Assembly (NCBI GenBank): GCA_963846445.1 | Contig: CAWJWM010000004.1 | Location: 59,879 to 123,878 of the forward strand | Source: an uncultured Verrucomicrobiae bacterium | GTDB lineage: Bacteria > Verrucomicrobiota > Verrucomicrobiia > Limisphaerales > J093 | Direction: 5' to 3' | DNA length: 64,000 nt | Shown here: positions 28,504 to 36,909 of the stretch, piece by piece | How positions within the stretch are numbered: position 1 is the stretch's first letter | How the letters are laid out: each line of letters starts with the position of its first letter | Notes under the pieces: generated by a model | What the model was told of the DNA's origin: nothing | Database searches by the model: none | The model's input: only the letters and a program-made list of their open reading frames with translations | Program-made: the position numbers and the translations under genes

Positions 28504-30015
28504 ATGCACACCGGCACTCCCCGCCGCTCCGGGTGGCGGCGTCTCCTGCGATGGACTGTCTGCGCCGCTCTCCTGGTCGTCGCGCTGGTCTTCCTGCGCT
28601 CCTGGCACGCCTTGCGCGACCGCAATCCGGGCTACACACTCGGACTGGACATCGACGCGGCTCCATCCGTCGCCGCCCCTCGCCCCCTGCAGGTCGGTTT
28701 CGGGCGCCTGCCCATCAACCCCAATCTCTCGAATCCCAAACGTCCAGTCTGGCTGGCCGGGTTCAGCCAGAACCGCGCCGCAACCGCCCTGCACGATAGT
28801 CTGTGGGCGCATGCCTGCGTCCTCGAGGACGGCGACACGCGCCTGGGCGTGGTGTCACTCGATGCGATCGGCTTCTTCCACGACGACGTCATCGAGGTGC
28901 GCCGCCGGTTGGATCCGGCCTGGCGCCTCGATTACACCGTCGTGTGCGCGACGCACAACCACTCGACCCCTGACCTCATGGGCTTGTGGGGGCCGCATCC
29001 GCTCAAGTCCGGCGTGGATGCGCAATACCGGGAGCAGGTCATCACGGCGGTCGCTCACGCATTGGGCCAGGCGGTCGAGGCGCTCGAACCGGCGCGCGTG
29101 GCTTTTCACGAAATCCCGTTGCCCACGGACGGTTTGGTGCACGACTCACGCAAGCCGATCGTATTCGACGCCAACCTGCGGGTCATGCATTTCACCCAGC
29201 CCGAGACCGGGGCCACGCTGGGCACAGTGATCGGGTGGGGCAATCACCCCGAAACGGTGTGGGGAAAGAACACGGAGATCACCTCGGACTTCTGCGGGTA
29301 CCTGCGCGAGGCCCTCGAAAAGGGTGTGCTCCTCGACGGGCAGAGACACGCCGAGGGACTGGGCGGCATCCACGTCTATGTCACCGGCGCCGTGGGCGGC
29401 CTGATGACCACATCCCCGTCGGTGACTGTTCGCGACCCTTATCTCGATCGAGAGTTCCAGGAGCCCTCGCACGACAAAGCGCGGGCGTTGGGACATCAAC
29501 TGGCGTCGAGACTGTTGCCCGTGTTGCGCGCGTCCGATGCGGCTGCGGCCCAGCACGCGCCGATCTCCATCCGCGCGCGCACGGTGGAACTGCCCATTGA
29601 GAACGGGGTGTTTCTGCTGGCGCCGGTCCTGGGGATTCTCGATCGCGGGCATGTCCGCTGGAAGACGCTGCGCACGGAGATCGCGCTGATCACGGTCGGC
29701 GACGCCAGCATCGCGTGTTTGCCGGGCGAGGTCTATCCGGAGATTGTCAACGGCGGCATCGAACGGGCGCCGGGCGGGGACTTCGACATCGAGCCGGTCG
29801 AGGTGCCGCCGCTGCGCGCGCTGATGCCGGGCAAGGTCAAGTTTGTGTTCGGTCTCGCCAACGACGAGATCGGCTACATCATTCCCAAGAGCCAGTGGGA
29901 CCGGAAACCGCCCTACCTGTACGACTCGCGCCGGCCCGTGTACGGCGAGATCAACTCCGTCGGTCCCGAGACCGCCGCCCGGCTTCACGCCGCCTTTCGC
30001 GATCTGCATGATTAG
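28504..30015 (+). CDS. neutral/alkaline-ceramidase-like membrane-anchored hydrolase (family-level call only)
   Basis: N-terminal TM segment; VGFGRLPINP...LAGF; LWAHACVLEDGD..LGVVSLDAIGF; CATHNHSTPD. The TAG stop is followed directly by CGAGGCGCGCCTCAGAC of a repeat. Confidence 0.55.
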   Translation: MHTGTPRRSGWRRLLRWTVCAALLVVALVFLRSWHALRDRNPGYTLGLDIDAAPSVAAPRPLQVGFGRLPINPNLSNPKRPVWLAGFSQNRAATALHDSLWAHACVLEDGDTRLGVVSLDAIGFFHDDVIEVRRRLDPAWRLDYTVVCATHNHSTPDLMGLWGPHPLKSGVDAQYREQVITAVAHALGQAVEALEPARVAFHEIPLPTDGLVHDSRKPIVFDANLRVMHFTQPETGATLGTVIGWGNHPETVWGKNTEITSDFCGYLREALEKGVLLDGQRHAEGLGGIHVYVTGAVGGLMTTSPSVTVRDPYLDREFQEPSHDKARALGHQLASRLLPVLRASDAAAAQHAPISIRARTVELPIENGVFLLAPVLGILDRGHVRWKTLRTEIALITVGDASIACLPGEVYPEIVNGGIERAPGGDFDIEPVEVPPLRALMPGKVKFVFGLANDEIGYIIPKSQWDRKPPYLYDSRRPVYGEINSVGPETAARLHAAFRDLHD

Positions 30016-30440
30016 CGAGGCGCGCCTCAGACGGGCGAGGCGTCTTACCAGATCGTTCGCGAGGGTCTCAGAGCGGCAGAAGACTGCCGCACTCCAAAAC
30101 GCTCCGCGCGGTCCGGAGACGTCCGAAAAAGCGCCAGTCCCGCGGCTGCGCATACGCGTCAACCTAAGCGACGTTTAACAGCCAGGGCCAAAGTGACTGC
30201 TCCTGCAATGATCCGAGTCGCTAGTAAGGCGTGGTTTGCAGAGGGAGCTGCTTTGGTCGGACGGTGGAGAAGTCGCGCAGTCCCGCGCCGGCGGGAGAGT
30301 GCGGCGGTTTACCGCCGCTTTACGAACACGGTGGTCGGTGTGTCCCACGCAAAGCGGTGCTGAAGCACCGCAGTCTCCCGCGGCCGCGGGACTCCGCGCT
30401 GTCGAGAACGCTCGTGCCCAAGTAGCTCTGTCGATTGGCG
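30013..30440. repeat. intergenic repeat cluster: partial module C plus module E-type copies
   Basis: TTAGCGAGGCGCGCCTCAGAC at 30012-30032. CTGCCGCACTCCAAAACGC and GAGTGCGGCGGTTTACCGCCGCTTT motifs as in 14892-14991. Confidence 0.7.
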
Positions 30441-30541
30441 GCTGGGGCGGTCGGACTGACTGGACAGGGCGGCCAGATGCTTGGTAGGCTTTGGCACGGA
30501 TTGTGTTTGTGTAGCGTGGTTCATCAGACTCACCCATTGAT

Positions 30542-31714
30542 ATGAAGCGAATCTCCGTATGTTGGGCGGCGGCCATGGCCGTCGGCGTTTTTTGCTGGAT
30601 ACCGGGCACTGCTGCGGAAGCGGCATTCAACGGGATCGAGGTGAATCTGGGCAATCTCTTCCGGCTGTCGGAGGCGAAGACCCGTTCGATTTCCCCGGAG
30701 AATTTCACAGGTGAGAAGGGCAAAGCGGGCATGGCGACCGAGGGGACCGGCAAGAACGCGGCGCGCGATTTGGGGCAGGGCTGGAAGGTGTCGCCGTCGG
30801 TTCGGATTGCGGCGCGGAGCACCTTCACGATGGCGGACATTGCGGGGCCGGGAGCGATTCAGCAGATCTGGATGACGCCGGCGCCGTTGGACAAGACGCG
30901 TTGGTACATTTTGCGATTCTACTGGGACGACGAGACGGAGCCGTCGATCGAGTGTCCGATGAGCGACTTTTTCGCGTGTGGCTGGGGCAAGTACGCGCAG
31001 ATCAACTCTCTGGCTGTCTGCGTGAATCCGGGGAGCGCCTTCAATTGTTACTGGCCGATGCCGTTTCGGAAGCGGGCGCGCATCACGATGGAGAATCTGG
31101 ATGACAAGGACATGGTGCTTTACTACCAGGTGAACTATGCACTGGGCTCTGTGCCCGGGGACGCCGCCTATCTTCATGCGCAGTTTCGCCGGGAGGACCC
31201 GCTGAAGCAGAAGGGGCTTTTTACGATTCTCGACGGCGTCAAAGGCAAGGGTCACTACGTGGGCACCTACATGGCTTGGGAGGTGCACAGTCCGGGCTGG
31301 TGGGGAGAAGGCGAGATCAAGTTTTTCATGGACGGGGATCAGGAGTGGCCGACGATTTGCGGGACGGGCACGGAGGATTACTTTTGCGGATCGTACAATT
31401 TCGACACGAAGGGGGACGATGGGAAGAACGAGTACACGGTGTTTTCGACGCCGTACTCGGGGTTGGCTCAGGTTTTGCCGCCGGATCAGATCTATCAGCC
31501 TGGCCAACGCTTCGGCCTGTACCGGTGGCACATCACGGATCCGATCCGTTTCGAGCGGGACCTGCGGGTTACGATTCAGTCTTTGGGGTGGCAGGAGGGG
31601 GGGCGGTACTTGCAGACGGAGGATGACGTGGCTGCTGTCGCCTTCTGGTACCAGGAGGAGCCGCACGCGCCTTTCCCGTCCCTGCCCGGGCGCGAGCGTT
31701 TGGAGCCGAAGTGA
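30542..31714 (+). CDS. DUF2961 / GH172-family glycoside hydrolase, secreted
   Basis: Signal peptide; SISPENFTGEKG; RFYWDDE; DFF..GWG; CYWPMPF; YYQVNY; WWGEGE.KFF.DGD; GTGTEDYF. Confidence 0.8.
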   Translation: MKRISVCWAAAMAVGVFCWIPGTAAEAAFNGIEVNLGNLFRLSEAKTRSISPENFTGEKGKAGMATEGTGKNAARDLGQGWKVSPSVRIAARSTFTMADIAGPGAIQQIWMTPAPLDKTRWYILRFYWDDETEPSIECPMSDFFACGWGKYAQINSLAVCVNPGSAFNCYWPMPFRKRARITMENLDDKDMVLYYQVNYALGSVPGDAAYLHAQFRREDPLKQKGLFTILDGVKGKGHYVGTYMAWEVHSPGWWGEGEIKFFMDGDQEWPTICGTGTEDYFCGSYNFDTKGDDGKNEYTVFSTPYSGLAQVLPPDQIYQPGQRFGLYRWHITDPIRFERDLRVTIQSLGWQEGGRYLQTEDDVAAVAFWYQEEPHAPFPSLPGRERLEPK

Positions 31715-31829
31715 ACGGGACGCTGTTGTCTGGGCGGAGGGGGTGCGGGGCGGGGTGTCACGCGGGGGCAGTCGTCCAATTTGCTTGCGGTGGTGGGAGG
31801 GGCTTCCCACTCTTGCCGCGTGCGTGCTT

Positions 31830-32870
31830 ATGAGAGCGGAGCGCCACCAGGGAAAACGACGGTTAGTGGCTTCTGGGCATGGCCGGGCCAAGGCGAAGGC
31901 GGTGTCATTCGCGCGCCCGCCGGAGACGGCTCCGGCTGCGACCGTGCCTGCGGAGGCGGGGGCGGGGTCTGGTCCGGCGGTGACGGAGGTGTCGGTGCCG
32001 CGGGACGAGGGGGCGGTGGCTCCGCAATCTGCCGACCGTTCGTCTTATGACGGCGACACGGCGATCAAGCTGTATTTGAGGGAGATTGGGCAGGTCAAAC
32101 TGCTGACGCCGCAGGAGGAGATCGAGCTGGCGGCGCGCATCAAGCGGGGGGACAAGAAGGCGCGCGAGCACATGATCAAGGCGAATCTGCGCCTGGTGGT
32201 CAAGATTGCGCACGACTACGACGGTTTGGGTTTGCCGCTGCTCGATCTGATCAACGAGGGCAACATTGGTCTGATGAAGGCTGTGGGGCGATTCGACCCG
32301 GCCAAGGGCGGCAAACTGTCGACCTACGCGGCCTGGTGGATCAAGCAATCGATCAAGCGTGCTCTGGCGAACCAATCCAAGACCATTCGTCTGCCGGTGC
32401 ACCTGGTGGACAAGATCTCGCGGATGCGTCGGATTGCGATGAAGCTGCACGAGGTGTATGGGCGGGAGCCGACCGACGACGAGCTGGGCGAGGAGTTGGG
32501 CGTGCCGGCGTCTCGGGTCGCGCAATTGCGGAGCGCGTCGATCCGCCCGGCGTCGCTGGACGCGCCGATCGGCGACGAGGATTCGAACACCTATGCCGAG
32601 GTGGTCGAGGACGAGCGCGCGGAAGATCCGTACGAACGGCTCGAAGAGAAGACGGTGGGTCTGATGGTCGACGATTTCGTGCAGCGTCTGGACGAGCGGG
32701 AGCAGACGATTCTGCGCTACCGGTTCGGGCTTGGCGGCGGGAGTGAGAAGACGCTCGAAGAAGTCGGGGCGAAGTTCGGGGTGACCCGCGAGCGGATCCG
32801 CCAGATCCAGAACATCGCCTTGGCCAAACTGCGCCGCATGATCCAGAAGCTCGAAGGAAAGAAACGCTGA
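31830..32870 (+). CDS. rpoD: primary-like (group 1/2) sigma-70 factor
   Basis: LYLREIGQVKLLTPQEEIELA; ANLRLVVKIA; DLINEGNIGLMKAV.RFD; TYAAWWIKQSIKRA; region 4 TLEEVGAKFGVTRERIRQIQ. Short N-terminus, so start assignment is tentative. Confidence 0.8.
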   Translation: MRAERHQGKRRLVASGHGRAKAKAVSFARPPETAPAATVPAEAGAGSGPAVTEVSVPRDEGAVAPQSADRSSYDGDTAIKLYLREIGQVKLLTPQEEIELAARIKRGDKKAREHMIKANLRLVVKIAHDYDGLGLPLLDLINEGNIGLMKAVGRFDPAKGGKLSTYAAWWIKQSIKRALANQSKTIRLPVHLVDKISRMRRIAMKLHEVYGREPTDDELGEELGVPASRVAQLRSASIRPASLDAPIGDEDSNTYAEVVEDERAEDPYERLEEKTVGLMVDDFVQRLDEREQTILRYRFGLGGGSEKTLEEVGAKFGVTRERIRQIQNIALAKLRRMIQKLEGKKR

Positions 32871-32885
32871 ACAGAGGAGTCACCG

Positions 32886-33425
32886 ATGAACCCCGCGCAC
32901 AACGCCTCGCTGGCTGAGCTCGAACGCGCCATCCGGAATGTGCCTGACTTCCCGAAGCCCGGCATCCAGTTCAAAGACATCACGCCGTTATTGGGAGACG
33001 CGCGTTTGTTCGCGGCCAGCGTGGACTTGCTGATTGCCGGGCACGCCCCGGGATCGGTGCACGCGGTTGCGGGGATAGACGCCCGGGGTTTTCTATTCGC
33101 CGGCGCTGCCGCATTGAGACTGGGGGCCGGCTGTGTTCCCATTCGCAAGCGGGGCAAGCTCCCCTACCGGACGATCGAAGAGAGCTACGACCTCGAGTAC
33201 GGGGCGAACACGATCGCCATCCACGCCGACGCCGTGGCCAAGGGGAGCCGGGTGCTGCTGTTGGATGATTTGCTTGCCACGGGCGGCACTGCGCGTGCGG
33301 CCGCCAGCCTGCTCCGTCGGTTGGGTGCCGACATCGTGGAAATCGCGTTTCTGGTCGAGCTGGTCTCACTCGAAGGCCGCGCGAAGCTCGAAGGCTATCC
33401 CGTCCGCTCCCTCATTCGTTTCTGA
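32886..33425 (+). CDS. apt: adenine phosphoribosyltransferase
   Basis: 179 aa: PDFPKPGIQFKDITPLL; PRPP motif VLLLDDLLATGGTA. Confidence 0.9.
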   Translation: MNPAHNASLAELERAIRNVPDFPKPGIQFKDITPLLGDARLFAASVDLLIAGHAPGSVHAVAGIDARGFLFAGAAALRLGAGCVPIRKRGKLPYRTIEESYDLEYGANTIAIHADAVAKGSRVLLLDDLLATGGTARAAASLLRRLGADIVEIAFLVELVSLEGRAKLEGYPVRSLIRF

Positions 33426-33443
33426 GAAGCGAGCGGCCCCTCC

Positions 33444-34328
33444 ATGAAGGGCCACTCTTCATCTTTGGTGACGAACGTCGAGCGCACTGAGTTCCGGGTT
33501 CGGTCCTACAATCTGGCGGCGACGCTGGAATCGGGTCAGGCCTTCCGCTGGCGCGCGGTGGGCGGGGCGTATGAGGGCGTGGTGGGCGGGCGTTGGGTGC
33601 GGCTTTCTCCAGGCGTCGACAAGCTTCACGCTGAGGCGATGGCGCCGCTGGCGGACTGGGACTGGCTGGCCGGGTACCTCCAGGTGGGGGAATGTCTCGA
33701 GACTGTGTTGGCGAGCTTTCCGCGCGATGCGGTTCTGGCCGAGGCTGTGCGGCAGGCGCGCGGGCTGCGGCTTCTGAGGCAGGAGGCATGGGAGTGTCTG
33801 GCGTCTTTCATCTTGTCGTCCACCAAGCGCATCGTCCAAATCCGGCAGATGGTGGGGTTGTTGTGCGCACGGTATGGCGCGCCCGTGGCCGTCCCCTGCG
33901 GGCACACCGCCGAATTCGCGTTCCCGACCGCGGAACGTCTGGCGCGCTGCAGCGAGGCCGAGTTGCGCGCGTGCAGACTGGGATTCCGGGCGCCCTACCT
34001 GCGGGCGACGGCCCGACGCATCGCCGGGGGCGATCCGGATTTGACGACCCTGGGATCGCTCGAACTCGACCAGGCGCGGTCGGTGCTGATGACTCTGCCT
34101 GGAGTCGGGCGCAAGATCGCGGACTGCGTGCTGTTGTTTGCGTATGGATTTCAGCGTGCGTTTCCGATTGACGTTTGGATTGGCAAGGCGCTGCGGAGGT
34201 TCTATCTCCCAGAGCGACGCGTCGCGCTGGCGGAAATCCGGCGTTTTGTCGACACGCACTTCGGGCCGCGGGCGGGCTATGCGCAGCAGTATCTGTTCCA
34301 CTCGATGCGGAGCCGCATCTTTCCGTGA
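33444..34328 (+). CDS. ogg: 8-oxoguanine DNA glycosylase / HhH-GPD family
   Basis: TLESGQAFRW; LRLLRQEAWECLASFILS; HhH-GPD LPGVGRKIADCVLLF...FPIDVW. Confidence 0.8.
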   Translation: MKGHSSSLVTNVERTEFRVRSYNLAATLESGQAFRWRAVGGAYEGVVGGRWVRLSPGVDKLHAEAMAPLADWDWLAGYLQVGECLETVLASFPRDAVLAEAVRQARGLRLLRQEAWECLASFILSSTKRIVQIRQMVGLLCARYGAPVAVPCGHTAEFAFPTAERLARCSEAELRACRLGFRAPYLRATARRIAGGDPDLTTLGSLELDQARSVLMTLPGVGRKIADCVLLFAYGFQRAFPIDVWIGKALRRFYLPERRVALAEIRRFVDTHFGPRAGYAQQYLFHSMRSRIFP

Positions 34329-34349
34329 CACAGGAGCGAAAAGATTGAG

Positions 34350-34512
34350 AATTCTTGAACGTCAAAACACGCGGCAGACAAGTCAAGTTTGGCCCCGCTC
34401 TCTGAAGGGTTCAAGGATTCCACTGAGCGAGGCGCGGGGAAGAGGGGATGGGAAACACGGAGACTGTTCATGGAAATGAGGAATGGGTTTGATCTGAGGC
34501 GGCGCCTCGCTG
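34350..34512. repeat. module D (34350-34420) plus module C' (34421-34512)
   Basis: GAATTCTTGAAC...AAGTCAAGTT...GGTTCAAGGATTC, then CACTGAGCGAGGCGCGG...GCGCCTCGCTGG. Confidence 0.75.
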
Positions 34513-34581
34513 GAAGTCCTTTACACCCCGGCCGAGTTTTCGGTCCTGCCGCAGCGCGACCTCAGCGAGACGGCGTGTGTC

Positions 34582-35259
34582 GTGCTGGATGTCCTGCGGG
34601 CCACCAGTTCGATGGTCACGGCGCTGGCGAACGGGGCTGAGGCGATTGTGCCGGTGGGCACGATTGCGGAGGCGTTAGCATGGAGGGAACGCGACCCGGA
34701 GGTTCTCCTTGCCGGCGAACGCGACGGTGTGCGCATTGCGGCCCGGCTCACCGGTGGCGTGGAGTTCGACGTGGGCAACTCGCCGCGCGAGTTCCTGCCG
34801 GAGCGGGTGAGGGGTCGGAGGATCGTCATGACGACGACCAACGGCACGCGGGCCCTGCAAGCCTGTCGCCGGGCGGCGCACGTCTGGGTGGGCGCGTTTC
34901 TGAATCTGGGAGCGGTCGTTGCGGCGCTCCGGTGTGCCCAGCCCCGCCACGTGTTGGTGGTTTGCAGTGGGACGATCGAGCAGGCGGCATTCGAAGACGC
35001 GCTGGCGGCCGGCGCGCTTTGCGAGCAGATGGAAGGACTCTGCCAGGTGGGCGAGGTGGCCGATTCGGTGCTGATGGCCATCGAGGTGTGGCGTCGGCAC
35101 GCCGCCGATGTGGCGGCGGGGTTAGGATCGGGCCGCAACGGGCGCCGGTTGCTGGGCCGACCCGAACTGCGGGACGACGTGAGGTTCTGCGCCGCGCGCG
35201 ACCGCCATGCCTTTGCTCCCAGGCTCGAGTCGGACGGCGTGGTGCGCTGGTTGAGGTGA
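34582..35259 (+). CDS. comB: 2-phosphosulfolactate phosphatase (ComB) family
   Basis: LDVLRATSSMVTALANGA; AGER.G; VMTTTNGTRAL. Similarity extends upstream (VLYTPAEFSVLPQRDL) to ~34513 with no ATG/GTG, ending at the repeat boundary. Confidence 0.7.
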   Translation: MLDVLRATSSMVTALANGAEAIVPVGTIAEALAWRERDPEVLLAGERDGVRIAARLTGGVEFDVGNSPREFLPERVRGRRIVMTTTNGTRALQACRRAAHVWVGAFLNLGAVVAALRCAQPRHVLVVCSGTIEQAAFEDALAAGALCEQMEGLCQVGEVADSVLMAIEVWRRHAADVAAGLGSGRNGRRLLGRPELRDDVRFCAARDRHAFAPRLESDGVVRWLR

Positions 35260-35322
35260 AGGCGTCGTCACTGCGCGACCACAGACCGTCAGCGACCCGC
35301 CGACGCAGCCGAGGGTCGGCAT

Positions 35323-35589
35323 TCAGGGCTGGACCAGCCTGAAGATCCGCTGGCCATCTTCGGGGACGAACATCATGACATTCGCATCGTCCGTCGCCAC
35401 TGGGGGGGCAGTCTGAGTCCAGATACCCGTCCCGAGAAGAGCTTGTTCCTCCAACTCGAATCCCAATGCAGACCGCGGCCAAGTCACCAACACGGTCCTG
35501 CCCAGGCGCCCGATCTGCAACACCGGTGGCTCGGGCTTCGCCGAGACCGCGCAGAAGTTGTCGGCGCTGAGCGTGTTGGCCACGGCCAT
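35323..35589 (-). CDS. stand-alone copy of the ~60-aa '...W...FYR(V/L)' C-terminal domain
   Basis: 88 aa: ...GRTVLVTWPRSALGFELEEQALLGTGIWTQ...RIFRLVQP. It aligns with the C-termini of the genes at 5360-6827, 6880-8124 and 15038-20965. Confidence 0.45.
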   Translation of the reverse strand: MAVANTLSADNFCAVSAKPEPPVLQIGRLGRTVLVTWPRSALGFELEEQALLGTGIWTQTAPPVATDDANVMMFVPEDGQRIFRLVQP

Positions 35590-35697
35590 CTTTGTGGTCG
35601 AGCCATAGATCCCGACGCGAAGGGGTTGGGAGGCGGACAGGGGCCAGCGATCGTTGCCGGTCTCTCTGTTCTTGGCTTGGTGGGAGGGTACCCCTGC

Positions 35698-36831
35698 TCA
35701 AGGCGCGCTCAAGTTGAAAAAAGAACCGATTCGAGGGCGATTCGAGCTCAGCGCGCTGGTCCGGACGCTCTCCTGACCGATTGATTCCGCGATGCGGCGG
35801 TGGGCGCTCGTGAGGGGCAGGCGGCGAATCTGGCTGAGCGCGCGCCATTTGCCGGCCCAGGCGTGCGGCGGAACGCCGGAGCGCGCCCGGTACACTTCGA
35901 GCCGAATCCGGAACCGGGTGATCGTGTGCCGGATTTCACCCAGGCGTTCGAGTTGGTCCTGGCGCAGGCCGGCGGACTCTGTCAGAGCCGAAACGGCACT
36001 TTGTCCGGGCTGGACGTCGATCTGCGGGAACTCCCACAAGCCGGCGTTGACAACGCCTTCGGGCCGACGGCGGACAAACCAGCGTGCGTCCTGCTCGAAC
36101 AAGAGTGCGGCGCATCGCTTGGGGACGGGCTTACGGCGGGGGGCCAGGCGCGGGATCTGGTCGACGCCTCCCTGGCGCCGGGCGGCGCAGGTGCGTCGGA
36201 GCGGACAGGCGGGGCAGCGCGGGGCGCGCGGGGTGCAGACCGTGGCTCCGAGTTCCATGAGCGCTTCGTTGAGGCGGCCGCAGGCCCGCGGTTCCCGAAG
36301 GCGTGCGGCGCGATCGACCAACTCCTGCGCCCAGTGCCAGAGTTGTGTCTGGGCTGTTTTTGTCCGGACCTCGTCGCGCAGGCCATGCAGCCTGGCCAGG
36401 ACGCGGGTGACGTTGCCGTCGAGCACTGGGGTAGGGAGGTTGAATGCGATGCTGCAGATGGCGCCGGCGGTGTAGCGTCCGATCCCCGGCAGCGCGCGCA
36501 CCTCGGTGAAAGTGCGTGGGAACCGGCTGTCGTGTTGGGCCACAAGGACCTGTGCAGCGCGGCGCAGGTTGTCGGCCCGGCGGTAATAGCCCAGGCCTTC
36601 CCAAAGCCGGTAAACACGCTGGCGCGAGGCAGAGGCGAGCGCGCCCAGGGTGGGCAACTCGCGCATCCATCGGGTGAAGTGTGGAATCACCGCTGCGACC
36701 GTGGTCTGTTGCAGCATGACCTCGGCGACCCAGATGGCGTAAGGATCCCGGGTCCGGCGCCAGGGCAAGTCGCGCGCGGCGGCGGCGAACCAGCGGACCA
36801 GGGATAGGGCGACAGTTGCCGGTCGGGTCAT
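35698..36831 (-). CDS. mutY: A/G-specific adenine glycosylase
   Basis: LPWRRTRDPYAIWVAEVMLQQT; GLGYYRRA.NL; LPGIGRYTAGAI; 4Fe-4S cluster CTPRAPRCPACPLRRTC; C-terminal NUDIX-like domain. Confidence 0.9.
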   Translation of the reverse strand: MTRPATVALSLVRWFAAAARDLPWRRTRDPYAIWVAEVMLQQTTVAAVIPHFTRWMRELPTLGALASASRQRVYRLWEGLGYYRRADNLRRAAQVLVAQHDSRFPRTFTEVRALPGIGRYTAGAICSIAFNLPTPVLDGNVTRVLARLHGLRDEVRTKTAQTQLWHWAQELVDRAARLREPRACGRLNEALMELGATVCTPRAPRCPACPLRRTCAARRQGGVDQIPRLAPRRKPVPKRCAALLFEQDARWFVRRRPEGVVNAGLWEFPQIDVQPGQSAVSALTESAGLRQDQLERLGEIRHTITRFRIRLEVYRARSGVPPHAWAGKWRALSQIRRLPLTSAHRRIAESIGQESVRTSALSSNRPRIGSFFNLSAP

Positions 36832-36841
36832 CGTGCGCTTA

Positions 36842-36909
36842 CCCGCATTTCAGGTGAACTGGGACGGTGACCGGTCAGATGACATCAAGAGTGGGTGAGA
36901 AATGCGGGC
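36842..36909 (+). repeat. 70-nt-class hairpin element H2, flanked by TTA direct repeats
   Basis: CCCGCATTTC...TGACCGGTCA...GAAATGCGGG. TTA at 36839-36841 and at 36910-36912; the second TTA is the complement of the TAA stop of the upstream permease gene. Confidence 0.8.
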
